Positions 7,290-17,318 of a stretch of 64,000 nt of DNA are shown piece by piece. The notes beneath the pieces are model-generated. The model ran no database searches and had not been told where the DNA came from. It worked only from the letters and a program-made list of their open reading frames with translations. Position 1 is the stretch's first letter; each line of letters begins with the position of its first letter. Source of the DNA: Minisyncoccia bacterium (GTDB lineage Bacteria; Patescibacteriota; Minisyncoccia; Phycocordibacterales; UBA9973); NCBI GenBank assembly GCA_049287045.1, contig JBAQFC010000010.1, positions 78,179 to 142,178 on the forward strand, given 5' to 3'. Both the position numbers and the translations under genes were made by a program.

Positions 7290-9425
7290 ATGCCAAAAGT
7301 AAATGATTCATATAAAATCAATGTTGGAGCCTCTTTTTTGCCACTTGAGAAAGCAATTATAATTAAAGACTCCAATGTTTTCATTGATAATAAACACCAC
7401 GAAACTTATATTGAAATAGAAAATATTTCTGAACTAATTACAGAAGAAGAAACTGCAATAAAAAGTTTTCAAGAAAAACTATTTAATTTGCCAATTGACT
7501 CTGATACGAATCCTGTTGAAAATAGCTTGACTCCAATTCAAGAAATCAGCCCTGAAACAATTAAATTAGTTGCTCCAAATGATATTCAACCAGGTTTACT
7601 GAAAGAAGAACGAGAATTAATTGCCGCTGAAATTATCAAGAGAAGAGCAAAAATTGAATTATTATTACGAAGTAAAAACAATTTATTTTTAAAAATTAAA
7701 GATTTTGATTCTGCCACCATTATTGATTCTGCCTCTACCACAATTTCAAAGGCAGATTCGGAAATATTAAGACTTGGAACAGAGCTCAAAACGACCGAAG
7801 TAAAACATAATGAATTGAAGGCTTTACCAACTCCCGATGAACTTCAGAAAGTTGAGTTAACGAATTCCACACAAACCATTAATGATATTAAATTAAAAAT
7901 AAAGGATTTTGAGAACAAGAAAGTTGAATCTCAAAAACTTGTTGATGATCTAAAACAGCCTTTAATCGAAAAATATACAAAAGACATTTCTGAACTTCAC
8001 AAACATATATATGGCTTAATTCAAATTCCATTAATGAATTTTTTACCAAAAATTGTTTATTGGGAACATGGTGCAAAATATATATTGCAATCTGAGACAT
8101 TGTTTACGGAACTCCTTAATAAAACAAGCTTAGAAGATATTTCCAGACCACTTGTAAATGTTTTTAGAATCGGGTTGTATATTCATACAATCGAGGAACT
8201 AAAAGAAAAAATCATTGAAATCCAAATCGACCCTGGTGAGCGAAGCAGATATGAAGCTACTTTAAATGAAAAAATTAACAAGTATATTAAAAAAGTCTGG
8301 TGTGATTATGACCAAGATTTAAAAATTTCATTGGAAAAAGACCAAATTCGAATTCAAATTTTTGACCCAAGTAAAAATGGTGCAAGTTTCTATAATATGG
8401 AAGATAGAAGCCAAGGATGTAAAACATTTTTGTCTTTTTTATTAACTATTGGTGTAGAAGCGGAACATGGTGTAATTAAAAACACGATTCTTTTGTTAGA
8501 TGAACCAGAAACACACTTGCATCCTTCGGGAGTGAGATTTATGCTTCAAGAACTAATTAAAATATCAGAAAAGGGTAATTTAGTCATCTACGCAACCCAC
8601 TCGATATTTTTAATTGATAGAAATAAATTTGATAGACATGTTATTCTTAAAAAAGAAAAAGAGAATACTACTATTAAACCATCAAATGTTGGAAGAATTG
8701 GTTATTTCATGCAAGAGGAGGTATTGTATGGCACATTGGATTTCAATTTAAAAAATGATTTTTCATCTACAAATGAATATAATTTTGTATTCGAAGGCGA
8801 TGGGGATGTTATTCTCTTTGAACATTTTTATGACAAAATTCTTTCAAAAGATGCAAATAGACCTTATCAATTAAAATCAACTTCTTTCCATCAAGGAGGC
8901 AAATGTTCTGACATCCAAAAATATTTAACCAATAGACCAATTCAACTCGGAACAAAGTGGGTTTTTATCTTAGATAAAGACAATGCTGGAGATGGTCTTA
9001 AAAAATTCATAGAAGGAAAATATAAAAATTATTTAAATAGTGACATTTTTGTATTTCAATATGACAATAAGGGGAAGAAATCAAAAGAAATAGAGTTAGA
9101 GGATCTTTTTGCCCCACAATTTATAATAGAAACATATTTAGAGACTGCAAAACAGCTTACTTGTTCAATTGATGAAATCGCTTTAAAAAAACTTGTAACT
9201 GAAGATGACAATTATATTACTTACAATGATTCTATCATTTCAGATCATATTATTGGAGAAAGGAAGTCTGAATTTAAAGGAAAATTTAAAGAAATATTTA
9301 ATACAAAAATTAAATTAAGTTGTGAAGGGAATAAAAATGAGGTGAGTTTTAAAAAAATATTTCCGGAATATTACAAATGGGTAACAGAAGTTACTGCGAA
9401 ATTAAATTCCTGCAACAAAGCATGA
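7290..9425 (+). CDS. OLD-family ATP-dependent endonuclease: ABC-ATPase signature, Walker B and H-loop plus C-terminal TOPRIM. No Walker A in this ORF.
   Basis: Signature-like 'RSQGCKTFLSFLL'. Walker B 'LLLDEPETHLHP'. H-loop 'YATHS'. TOPRIM-like 'VFEGDGDV' and 'ILDKDNAGD'. Confidence 0.65.
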   Translation: MPKVNDSYKINVGASFLPLEKAIIIKDSNVFIDNKHHETYIEIENISELITEEETAIKSFQEKLFNLPIDSDTNPVENSLTPIQEISPETIKLVAPNDIQPGLLKEERELIAAEIIKRRAKIELLLRSKNNLFLKIKDFDSATIIDSASTTISKADSEILRLGTELKTTEVKHNELKALPTPDELQKVELTNSTQTINDIKLKIKDFENKKVESQKLVDDLKQPLIEKYTKDISELHKHIYGLIQIPLMNFLPKIVYWEHGAKYILQSETLFTELLNKTSLEDISRPLVNVFRIGLYIHTIEELKEKIIEIQIDPGERSRYEATLNEKINKYIKKVWCDYDQDLKISLEKDQIRIQIFDPSKNGASFYNMEDRSQGCKTFLSFLLTIGVEAEHGVIKNTILLLDEPETHLHPSGVRFMLQELIKISEKGNLVIYATHSIFLIDRNKFDRHVILKKEKENTTIKPSNVGRIGYFMQEEVLYGTLDFNLKNDFSSTNEYNFVFEGDGDVILFEHFYDKILSKDANRPYQLKSTSFHQGGKCSDIQKYLTNRPIQLGTKWVFILDKDNAGDGLKKFIEGKYKNYLNSDIFVFQYDNKGKKSKEIELEDLFAPQFIIETYLETAKQLTCSIDEIALKKLVTEDDNYITYNDSIISDHIIGERKSEFKGKFKEIFNTKIKLSCEGNKNEVSFKKIFPEYYKWVTEVTAKLNSCNKA

Positions 9426-9569
9426 GTCCAAAATTGTATTTCAGAACTATTCGGTGAACCCCAATAAAATGTTCATGATTAAGCAAAATTCAGAAGAGAT
9501 ATTGCAGAAGAGCAAGGATTAATTTTCAAATAGGGTTAGCAAATAGTTTCCAAAAAGAGGTTCCACATT

Positions 9570-11264
9570 TCATTGTAATAAAGATCGCCAATAATAAGGG
9601 AAAACCATTGTCCTATAATGTCGAGATGCAAGGAGCCCCATAAAAGGGAGTCCGTTTTTAAAAATTTCCAGTTCTAATTCAGGGCTTAAATTCTTCATAG
9701 AAATTTCTTGAACCATCTCGTCCTTATAGTCTTCTATGTTGTCATATAGTTCAATACTGTGTTTCGTTTTTCCGTGATTTTGATCTGAATTTTTAATGAA
9801 AAGTGATTTTTCAATTTCAATATCAGGATACCAGAGCTGGAGATTGATTTCAGGAAAATGTAATTTTACCATTCTCCGAATATCACTATATAAATCGGAT
9901 GAATTTAAAATTATACACCATTCAGCTAATACGGTCAATAAAATTGATGATTGAGGTTTTTCGGTTTCACCATAAACCTTTGCTTCAATTAATTTATCAT
10001 GGTTTTCATAAAATAATGGAAAAAAACTTGTTCTTGAATAAGTTATTTCCATTGTAATTATTATTCGCTTAAGCCATATCCTTATTGTATCTAAGCGATC
10101 TGTTTTATATAAAAATAAAAATCCTAAATTGATTTCTATGGAATGTGAATCATAAACTGGATAATTGCAACCAGCGTTGTTATTAATAAATTCGTCGATA
10201 GAATTTGAAAAAACTGAAATCATTGAATTAATACTATCCACATGAAATTTAATTACATCATTATTATCTTGAACTTTTAGGGTTTCCCCCAGGTAATAAT
10301 AATTTAATCCAATCGTTGACATAATACCAATATATTCGTAGCAAACTAAACTATACTCAGTCTGGTTTGCCCTAGACACGCTTGCAAACGAATCTTTAAC
10401 AGCGCAATATTTTATTGTTTTCTCGGCATACGAATGTTGGATATTTATGAGAGTTTCAGTTATCCCAATAAATTGTCGAATAAGTTTATTGTCATTCATA
10501 CCATGTTCCTCTAAAATAAATCTCCAGGCGAGCAAAGTCGCTTTTTCAGCAGTGAGCAAGGCATTCCTAATATTATTTTGTTCTTGCGCCCATACGAAAA
10601 TTATATTTGTACAAACATTGAGCAAACTTAATCTTTTATATTTTTCAGAAGTCTTAGCTTGAACAGATTTGTATTTAAATAAAATGTTATTAAAAAGTTC
10701 AACCACATGAGATAAATCATAATCACTAATGTCAATGAAAGCAAGGGACTTTCTTAGCAAAAGCAAAGAACTATCGGGGAGTAAGGATTCATTAAAAAGA
10801 TATTGTTCGGATAATAATGTTATTTTGTCTACATCCCAATCTACTAAATGGATTTTTTTCGTCGAATTTTTATTTTTATATCCATTCCATGCCGGAATTG
10901 CAGTCTGCTCAATAATTCCATTAAGAGCGAAAATAATTTTGATTGGTAGCTTTTTATATTCTTTTGCAATATTCGAGGGGATATATACATCAAATATATC
11001 ATCTAAGCTTGCTTTAATATCATTTTTACCTGAGTTCCAATTATTCCGGTCTAGATTACCTCTTTTCACTGAAAGTAAAAATATTTTTTTTATACCATCT
11101 TCTGGATCAATTCCAACGGCCATAATATCTACGCCATGTTGGCGGCCCTTTTGAGGGCGTGATTTGGGCTCCATATTCATATGAAACAATAGATTTACTA
11201 GTAGGGTATCTAGCTCACCATCTTCTTTCAAAATTGTTATATAGTCCTTAATAATTGCTTTCAT
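9570..11264 (-). CDS. Hypothetical 564-aa protein, second gene of a two-gene operon. N-terminus has a possible Mrr/PD-(D/E)xK-like fold.
   Basis: 'GRQHGVDIMAVG...KKIFLLSVKRG' resembles the D...(E/Q/S)xK nuclease core. ATGA start/stop overlap with the upstream gene at 11264. Confidence 0.45.
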   Translation of the reverse strand: MKAIIKDYITILKEDGELDTLLVNLLFHMNMEPKSRPQKGRQHGVDIMAVGIDPEDGIKKIFLLSVKRGNLDRNNWNSGKNDIKASLDDIFDVYIPSNIAKEYKKLPIKIIFALNGIIEQTAIPAWNGYKNKNSTKKIHLVDWDVDKITLLSEQYLFNESLLPDSSLLLLRKSLAFIDISDYDLSHVVELFNNILFKYKSVQAKTSEKYKRLSLLNVCTNIIFVWAQEQNNIRNALLTAEKATLLAWRFILEEHGMNDNKLIRQFIGITETLINIQHSYAEKTIKYCAVKDSFASVSRANQTEYSLVCYEYIGIMSTIGLNYYYLGETLKVQDNNDVIKFHVDSINSMISVFSNSIDEFINNNAGCNYPVYDSHSIEINLGFLFLYKTDRLDTIRIWLKRIIITMEITYSRTSFFPLFYENHDKLIEAKVYGETEKPQSSILLTVLAEWCIILNSSDLYSDIRRMVKLHFPEINLQLWYPDIEIEKSLFIKNSDQNHGKTKHSIELYDNIEDYKDEMVQEISMKNLSPELELEIFKNGLPFMGLLASRHYRTMVFPYYWRSLLQ

Positions 11265-13189
11265 TAGTTCAATGATTCGTATCTCATTCTAGAACGGAAT
11301 ATTTCAAAGCCTGCTGGATCAATATATTCAGCCCTTGGCATTTCAAAACTGAAGTTTACCGACCGCATACGGCCTTCATCTGTATAACCTTTGCTATTTT
11401 TTGAAAACCAAATTGGCCCTGATCTCAAAACTATATTTTTTGCTAACTGCTCAAATATATTTTCCTTACGTGCTGTATTCATCCTTTTTGATTGCTGGTT
11501 ATCAAAAGCATTATTAAAACTACGTTTTCTTGTTTCAGAACCATTTAATTCTTTTAAGATTGGTAAATCTTTTAGATCATCATAATACTTATCTACTCTA
11601 TTAACAATTCTTTGTAATAATTTCTTTTTAGTTCCCTTACTAATACTAATTTCTGGTTTGATGAAAACAGTTAATGTAGAAGGATATGTATAGCATATAT
11701 AATCTACGAATAAAGTTTCTAAATTATTTGCTTGCTGTTTTAAATGTTTAGAATCTAATATTGATAGCGTTAAAGATGCTAATGGCTCCTTTGCATATAT
11801 AAATCCCATTATGCTTCCAATAGTCTTTCCAATTTCTAAATCAGAATAGGAGTTAAGAATCACACAATCTAGTTTAAAAATATTCTTACCTTTTCTAGAC
11901 GTAATACTCATTAATGCATTCATTAAGTTTTTATCAGAACGGTTAAACCATGGTGTAATAATTGAGCAGAACCAGGGAAAATAACTCCCTATAAATTTAG
12001 ATATTATAGGTTCCAAGCTATTGATTTCTTGTCCATTTACTAGCCATGATTCTAAAAGTTTTACGACATATTCCTTTTCACCCATTTTAAGGGCATCTGT
12101 CATGTGCCAATTTACAAAATTCATAAGCTTTATATTGTCACATTTATAAGAAGATAAATTAAATGCAAGCTGTTTAATATTTTCAGTGGAGTTTTTATTT
12201 GAAGCTGAACGCCAAACAAATTCTGAGATTGGATACCTATAAGAAATTTCTTCTTTTTTTGAAAGTTCTATCAATTTCCTTTGTGAATCAAGACAAAATT
12301 TTGAAAGTGTTATAAGGCTGTATGTTACCATATATCTAATACTCTCTCTCTCATCATTAATAAAGACAATTATGTTATCGTATAAAGTTTGAGCAGTTTT
12401 AGTATTGTCTTTATAATCTAAACTACTAATCATTTGCAGCCCTGCGATTATATTCTCAATTTTATTGGTCTGTAAAAGATCTAATATTTTATCCTGAAAA
12501 ATTTTTATGTTTTTATATTTATAAAGTCCCTCAACTAAAGCACCTAGATATTTAAGGATAACTTCGTTTTTAGGTAAGAATAAATTTTCATAAAGTGTTT
12601 CAGCAAAACTAAGATTCAAATTAGGTATGTCTTTTAACAAGGTGAAAATCTCGTTTTCGGCTCCATCACCTGTAGTTTTTAAGCTAATAAACTTTAGAAT
12701 TTCACAAAACTCCTCGATTGAAAGATTAAGATAAGGGTAAACATTAATAAAACTATGGTAATTTGCCCAAAAATCATTTTTAGGATCGGTTAGAATATCG
12801 ATTATTTTTTTCTTTTTGACTTTGTTTAAAAGAAAAGTAAAATATTCAACTACATATTCTGGTTTCATTTTAAACCTATTATCGAACTTTAGCTTATTAA
12901 GTTGATTGAAGATTTCGAGATGATTACTTGTTTCAACTTTGGACAAATAATATGCAGCAACGAAAAAATTAATAACAGCTGTATTGCAAAAAATTAATTT
13001 TGAATCTTGTTTTGTGACAAATGGAGGGAAATCCTGAAAGTCTTTACTGTTTTTTTTGATTGAAATAAAAGAATCTCCCTTTTCAAAACATTGCATAGCA
13101 TATTGCCCCAATAATTTTGAATTGTCGGAACATTTTCCAACATAAGAAACTAGAACTTCAAGTTCTGATTTGGTAAAAATTAAAATCAT
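11264..13189 (-). CDS. Hypothetical 641-aa protein, first gene of the two-gene operon. Alpha-helical repeat-like, no P-loop.
   Basis: Long ORF. No Walker A/B, nuclease or other motifs recognised. Confidence 0.45.
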   Translation of the reverse strand: MILIFTKSELEVLVSYVGKCSDNSKLLGQYAMQCFEKGDSFISIKKNSKDFQDFPPFVTKQDSKLIFCNTAVINFFVAAYYLSKVETSNHLEIFNQLNKLKFDNRFKMKPEYVVEYFTFLLNKVKKKKIIDILTDPKNDFWANYHSFINVYPYLNLSIEEFCEILKFISLKTTGDGAENEIFTLLKDIPNLNLSFAETLYENLFLPKNEVILKYLGALVEGLYKYKNIKIFQDKILDLLQTNKIENIIAGLQMISSLDYKDNTKTAQTLYDNIIVFINDERESIRYMVTYSLITLSKFCLDSQRKLIELSKKEEISYRYPISEFVWRSASNKNSTENIKQLAFNLSSYKCDNIKLMNFVNWHMTDALKMGEKEYVVKLLESWLVNGQEINSLEPIISKFIGSYFPWFCSIITPWFNRSDKNLMNALMSITSRKGKNIFKLDCVILNSYSDLEIGKTIGSIMGFIYAKEPLASLTLSILDSKHLKQQANNLETLFVDYICYTYPSTLTVFIKPEISISKGTKKKLLQRIVNRVDKYYDDLKDLPILKELNGSETRKRSFNNAFDNQQSKRMNTARKENIFEQLAKNIVLRSGPIWFSKNSKGYTDEGRMRSVNFSFEMPRAEYIDPAGFEIFRSRMRYESLN

Positions 13190-13220
13190 TCCAATTATAA
13201 TTGAATTACTACAAAACTAA

Positions 13221-13248
13221 TAAAAAACCCCCACATTTTGTGTGGGGG
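13221..13248 (-). terminator. Intrinsic-terminator-like hairpin in the 5' leader of the minus-strand operon (possible attenuator).
   Basis: 8-bp GC stem CCCCCACA/TGTGGGGG with TTTTTTA on the minus strand. It lies 32-60 nt upstream of the 13189 start codon. Confidence 0.35.
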
Positions 13249-13505
13249 CGGTCTTTCAGAGAATTATCCCTGCCCTGATACGATTTCAAATAAATCATAC
13301 CCGGTAAAAGCTATTATAACTCTGGTTTTTAAATTTGCAAGTGAGGAGAAATAACTTTCAAAAAACATTTCTCTAATCTTCCTAAAAGTCATTTAAAATG
13401 ATCTGAATATGTGAAAATAAAAGGTAATTTTGAAGAAGATATTGAAAAATCGATGAGTTCGTTAATCTTTTATAAATAAAATTATTGCAAAAATTACAGC
13501 ATCAA

Positions 13506-13612
13506 AAAAAACCGCACCAAAACCGTCTACGCCAAAACCTATTCCTAATTGGCCTAGCAAAAACCTTGGCAAACCTTCGGGTCAAAGACGAGGCAAGGTA
13601 AATAGAATTTAC
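13506..13612. repeat. Cluster of imperfect direct repeats 'GC(C)AAAACC(T)', iteron- or operator-like.
   Basis: 'accaaaaccg', 'gccaaaacct', 'gcaaaaacct' and 'ggcaaacctt' sit within a locally GC-richer stretch of the divergent intergenic region. Confidence 0.3.
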
Positions 13613-13688
13613 TAATCTTTAAAAGGTCTGATTATTCTGATCTTTTTTATGAATCGGCTATTTTTATCCACAATTAAATTAATCAGTT

Positions 13689-16600
13689 ATGGGAATTATG
13701 ACTACAGATAAATGCTTTATTACTTCTTTGCCTGTTAAAAATATTCCATCCAATATTGATGCTTATGAGTATTTACTAAATTTTAATGACAGAGAATTTA
13801 CTCTTCGATATGATGGGAGAGCAGACTGGAATACAATAATAAAGGGAGATGCAAAGATTGTTCTCCAATCAATGTTATTTAATAACCGATGGCCTATTGA
13901 TACTGATTCTGTTATTACTCCGGAATTGGTTGAAAGAACCCTTCGTATTGTAAAACACCCAAAAGAATTTGAAGATAAAGTATCTTACTATTTAGAATAT
14001 GCATATGAAGCGGGTGGAAAAGAATATAATGCTGTTATTTATAAACTTTCTGATTATGAGATCGCCTACTCAAAAGATGAGAACGAATTTACTAGAATAA
14101 TTCAGGCACTCATCTCAAAACAATTTATTTCTCTTCTTCCTGCACACTCAAGTTCAGTTAAGGCAGAGGGTTCATTTGAATTGTTGGAGCCGGGGAGAGA
14201 TATGGTTAAAAATATTCAATCAAAAAGGCAACCAAAGATTATTACTATAACCCCTACGGGGAAAAAAATCATAAAAAAAATACACCTACCTCTTAACGAA
14301 CGTCCATCTATTCATATATGTTTTGTAGAATCGGATAAACCCATTGCCGAAAAACTCAGAGATCTTTTTTTAGAAAATAGCTTTACTACTTCATTAACAG
14401 AAATAAAAGAGGAAACATTGGCCTACTCAAGTGTATTTAATCTTAGAGATAGTATTGAACAACGAAAATCAAATTATTTTGTTTTTGTTAAAAGTCACTC
14501 GTCTGATATTAATAATGGTATAGGAAGTGCTATTGATATTGCTATTGCAACACATAGAAATTCCCCCGACAAAGCTAGATTTATATACATTGCGAGTGCA
14601 GATGATAGCAAATACAGCACAAGACCGTTATTAGAGGATTATTTAAAACAATTTTTTGATATCAGAATATTGGATGAGAGGGAAAGAATGCTTCTTGACA
14701 TATTCTCTGATTGGAAGACCAGACAGAACAAGATATTACCAGCAGAAAAACTAACTTCAACAGTCTTGCTGCTCAAATGGTTATGGAAAATATTTACTGT
14801 TTCGCAGAAAAATCCAATAACTATTACTTATTCTCAAATAAAAGAATTTATTAGTTCGGAAGAACAATTAAAATCATTCTTATCGGAACTTGAAAATCAA
14901 CAGCTCATCACAATGCAATTGTATGATGGGCTTGACGTTGATCAATATCGGTATGAGATCACACTAATGAATAATATACCTGATTGGCTGAGTAGGGAAA
15001 TTTCAAATATAGAGCAGTCTAATGCTGGGAAACTGAAAAGTATCAACGAAAGCAATAAAGTCTATAACTTTCCGAAAGTTTCACTTACAGACAATGAATT
15101 ATTTTGGTTGAAAATTTCGTATGAGAAATTTCTTAAGAATGAAACATTTAATTTGCATGAAGAACTTGCAAAACACTGGGATAAACTCCCAAAAGATTTT
15201 GACCCATCTCAGATTGACCAACGTCTTTTGATAGGTGGTTATACAATAACATTGCTTGGTATCTGGCACGTAAATCCTTCCTCTGAAATTTTTGGAAATA
15301 CTGACAAAACAATATTTATTATTCGTGAATTGCTTATAGAAAAAAGTAATCGGAATGTTATTACATCTAAAGATATTCAAGCTAAAAATTCTGCCTTAAC
15401 CAATGATGACATATTAAAAAGCATAACAATCCTTTCACAGTTCAGGGGTTTCATGCATCAACATGGACACAATCCAGAAACGTTTGAGTCTAATATATCA
15501 ATACGTGATGGTTCAAGTTATGATAAGTTCAGGCAGTACAATGGAATTGAAGAATTAGTGAATGAATTTTTTAAAAAGAATAAATCACAGTATTCTGATT
15601 CAAATGAAACAAACCAAAGCACAAAAGAATTTAAATTGAAAAATATAGTGGATTCTTTGAATTTAAATGATAGAGCATTTCAAAAAAAATCTCAAGTCAG
15701 TTTACGAGACAAAACACAAATCGATACTATATTAGGAGTCAAAGAAATTGCTAAAGAAATAGCTGAGATAATTGACATAATGCCAAATGAAAAAGGAATG
15801 ATGATGGGTATCTTTGGCAAATGGGGACGTGGTAAAACAGTTTTTATGTCTCAAATATGGGAAAACTTAAAGGAAATAAAGTTAAAAAACGAGGTACAAT
15901 ATGAAAGAGTGGATTTTCATGCATGGCAATATCAAGAAACCCCCGCTTCTTGGGCTTATTTGTATGAGCGTCTGGCAGAAAAATATTATAAAAAACCTGA
16001 AAAAATATTCACAAAAGATTGGTGGGAATATTGGAATAGGATTATAAAGCTAAATATTAAAAGGCAAGGATACACTCCCATTATTAAATCGATTTCTGTC
16101 ATTTTATTTGCTCTCTCTATTACAATTGGAGGAATAGCGCAATGGGAATGGGTATTTGCATTAATTGGTATTCCGATGGTTGGGTCAGCACTGATTGTAA
16201 TACTTTCAAAATTTAAAAAAGAGTATAGCACTAAGGCGTTTGATTTAATTAAAAAATATGGATTAAAGCATAGTTATAAGGATACTATGGGCATCCAAGC
16301 TGAAATTCAGAAAGAGGTTGTTCATTTAGTTAAAACATGGATTCCTGTGGTGAAGGTTGAAAAAGGCAGCTCGGATGAAAAGTATAAAAAAATAATTTTA
16401 TTTGTGGAAGATGTTGATCGTTGTGCTGAGGAAAAAATAATTCAAAACATAGATGCCCTGAGAATAATGTTGGAAGATGAAGAAGTAGCAAAGAGAGTTA
16501 TTGTAATTGCTGCTATTGATGAGCAAGTATTAAAAAGGGCGATCAAGGCAAAATATTTTAAACTTTTGGATTGCGAAAATTATTCTAACGGAGCGGGAAC

Positions 16601-17318
16601 AAATAAATTTGATGAACTTGCCAAGTTAACAAATGAATACTTAGACAAACTTTTTATAACAGGAATAAAACTTGGCACCCTGTCTGCGGAGCAACGGGAC
16701 GAATTTGTTGTTGAATTGACAAAACATGATAGACAAAATCTTTCAGTAAAAAAACTTTATGAAGATGAATTCCCTTCAGCGAGGTCAGAAAATAATGATC
16801 AGTTGGATTTTGCCACCATTGATGGAGATTTGGTATTTAAAGACGGGGATATTGCTCTCGAAAACCAAAAAGGGGAGATTAAAATAATTGAGCAGATACA
16901 AAAAAATAAAACCGTTACGCTTGAAAATTCAACTGAAACTGTAGCTTTTGAGAAACTGACAGATGGAGAAATAAGTATACTTAGAGGTTGTGTTAATGAT
17001 TGGGACGAAGCAACTCCAAGAAAAATTAGAATATTCTATTATCGGTATCTGATAGCAAAAAATTTATTACTAAATCGATACCAAAAACTAAGTTGGAAAA
17101 ATATATGGCTTCATCCGAAATACAGTAGCGTATTTGCCCAGCTTATTATTAAGTATGGTGAGTTATATAACCCTTCTCTAATCACGGAGCATAGATTGAG
17201 GACAAACACTTTGCCACTTAATGAAGTTGTAAAAATTGATATGTTTGGTGACTTTACCGTGAAAAACCAAGATTATATTGAAATGTTGAAAATTTTAGAA
17301 ATGGTAATTGCCTATTGA
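13689..17318 (+). CDS. KAP-family P-loop NTPase (1209 aa) with intra-domain TM helices and a long N-terminal extension containing a possible TIR-like segment.
   Basis: Walker A 'GKWGRGKT'. KAP-type Walker B 'ILFVEDVDRC'. TM insert 'ISVILFALSITIGGIAQWEWVFALIGIPMVGSALIVIL'. N-terminal 'SIHICFVESDKPIAEKL...NYFVFVKS' is flavodoxin/TIR-like (weak). Confidence 0.75.
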   Translation: MGIMTTDKCFITSLPVKNIPSNIDAYEYLLNFNDREFTLRYDGRADWNTIIKGDAKIVLQSMLFNNRWPIDTDSVITPELVERTLRIVKHPKEFEDKVSYYLEYAYEAGGKEYNAVIYKLSDYEIAYSKDENEFTRIIQALISKQFISLLPAHSSSVKAEGSFELLEPGRDMVKNIQSKRQPKIITITPTGKKIIKKIHLPLNERPSIHICFVESDKPIAEKLRDLFLENSFTTSLTEIKEETLAYSSVFNLRDSIEQRKSNYFVFVKSHSSDINNGIGSAIDIAIATHRNSPDKARFIYIASADDSKYSTRPLLEDYLKQFFDIRILDERERMLLDIFSDWKTRQNKILPAEKLTSTVLLLKWLWKIFTVSQKNPITITYSQIKEFISSEEQLKSFLSELENQQLITMQLYDGLDVDQYRYEITLMNNIPDWLSREISNIEQSNAGKLKSINESNKVYNFPKVSLTDNELFWLKISYEKFLKNETFNLHEELAKHWDKLPKDFDPSQIDQRLLIGGYTITLLGIWHVNPSSEIFGNTDKTIFIIRELLIEKSNRNVITSKDIQAKNSALTNDDILKSITILSQFRGFMHQHGHNPETFESNISIRDGSSYDKFRQYNGIEELVNEFFKKNKSQYSDSNETNQSTKEFKLKNIVDSLNLNDRAFQKKSQVSLRDKTQIDTILGVKEIAKEIAEIIDIMPNEKGMMMGIFGKWGRGKTVFMSQIWENLKEIKLKNEVQYERVDFHAWQYQETPASWAYLYERLAEKYYKKPEKIFTKDWWEYWNRIIKLNIKRQGYTPIIKSISVILFALSITIGGIAQWEWVFALIGIPMVGSALIVILSKFKKEYSTKAFDLIKKYGLKHSYKDTMGIQAEIQKEVVHLVKTWIPVVKVEKGSSDEKYKKIILFVEDVDRCAEEKIIQNIDALRIMLEDEEVAKRVIVIAAIDEQVLKRAIKAKYFKLLDCENYSNGAGTNKFDELAKLTNEYLDKLFITGIKLGTLSAEQRDEFVVELTKHDRQNLSVKKLYEDEFPSARSENNDQLDFATIDGDLVFKDGDIALENQKGEIKIIEQIQKNKTVTLENSTETVAFEKLTDGEISILRGCVNDWDEATPRKIRIFYYRYLIAKNLLLNRYQKLSWKNIWLHPKYSSVFAQLIIKYGELYNPSLITEHRLRTNTLPLNEVVKIDMFGDFTVKNQDYIEMLKILEMVIAY

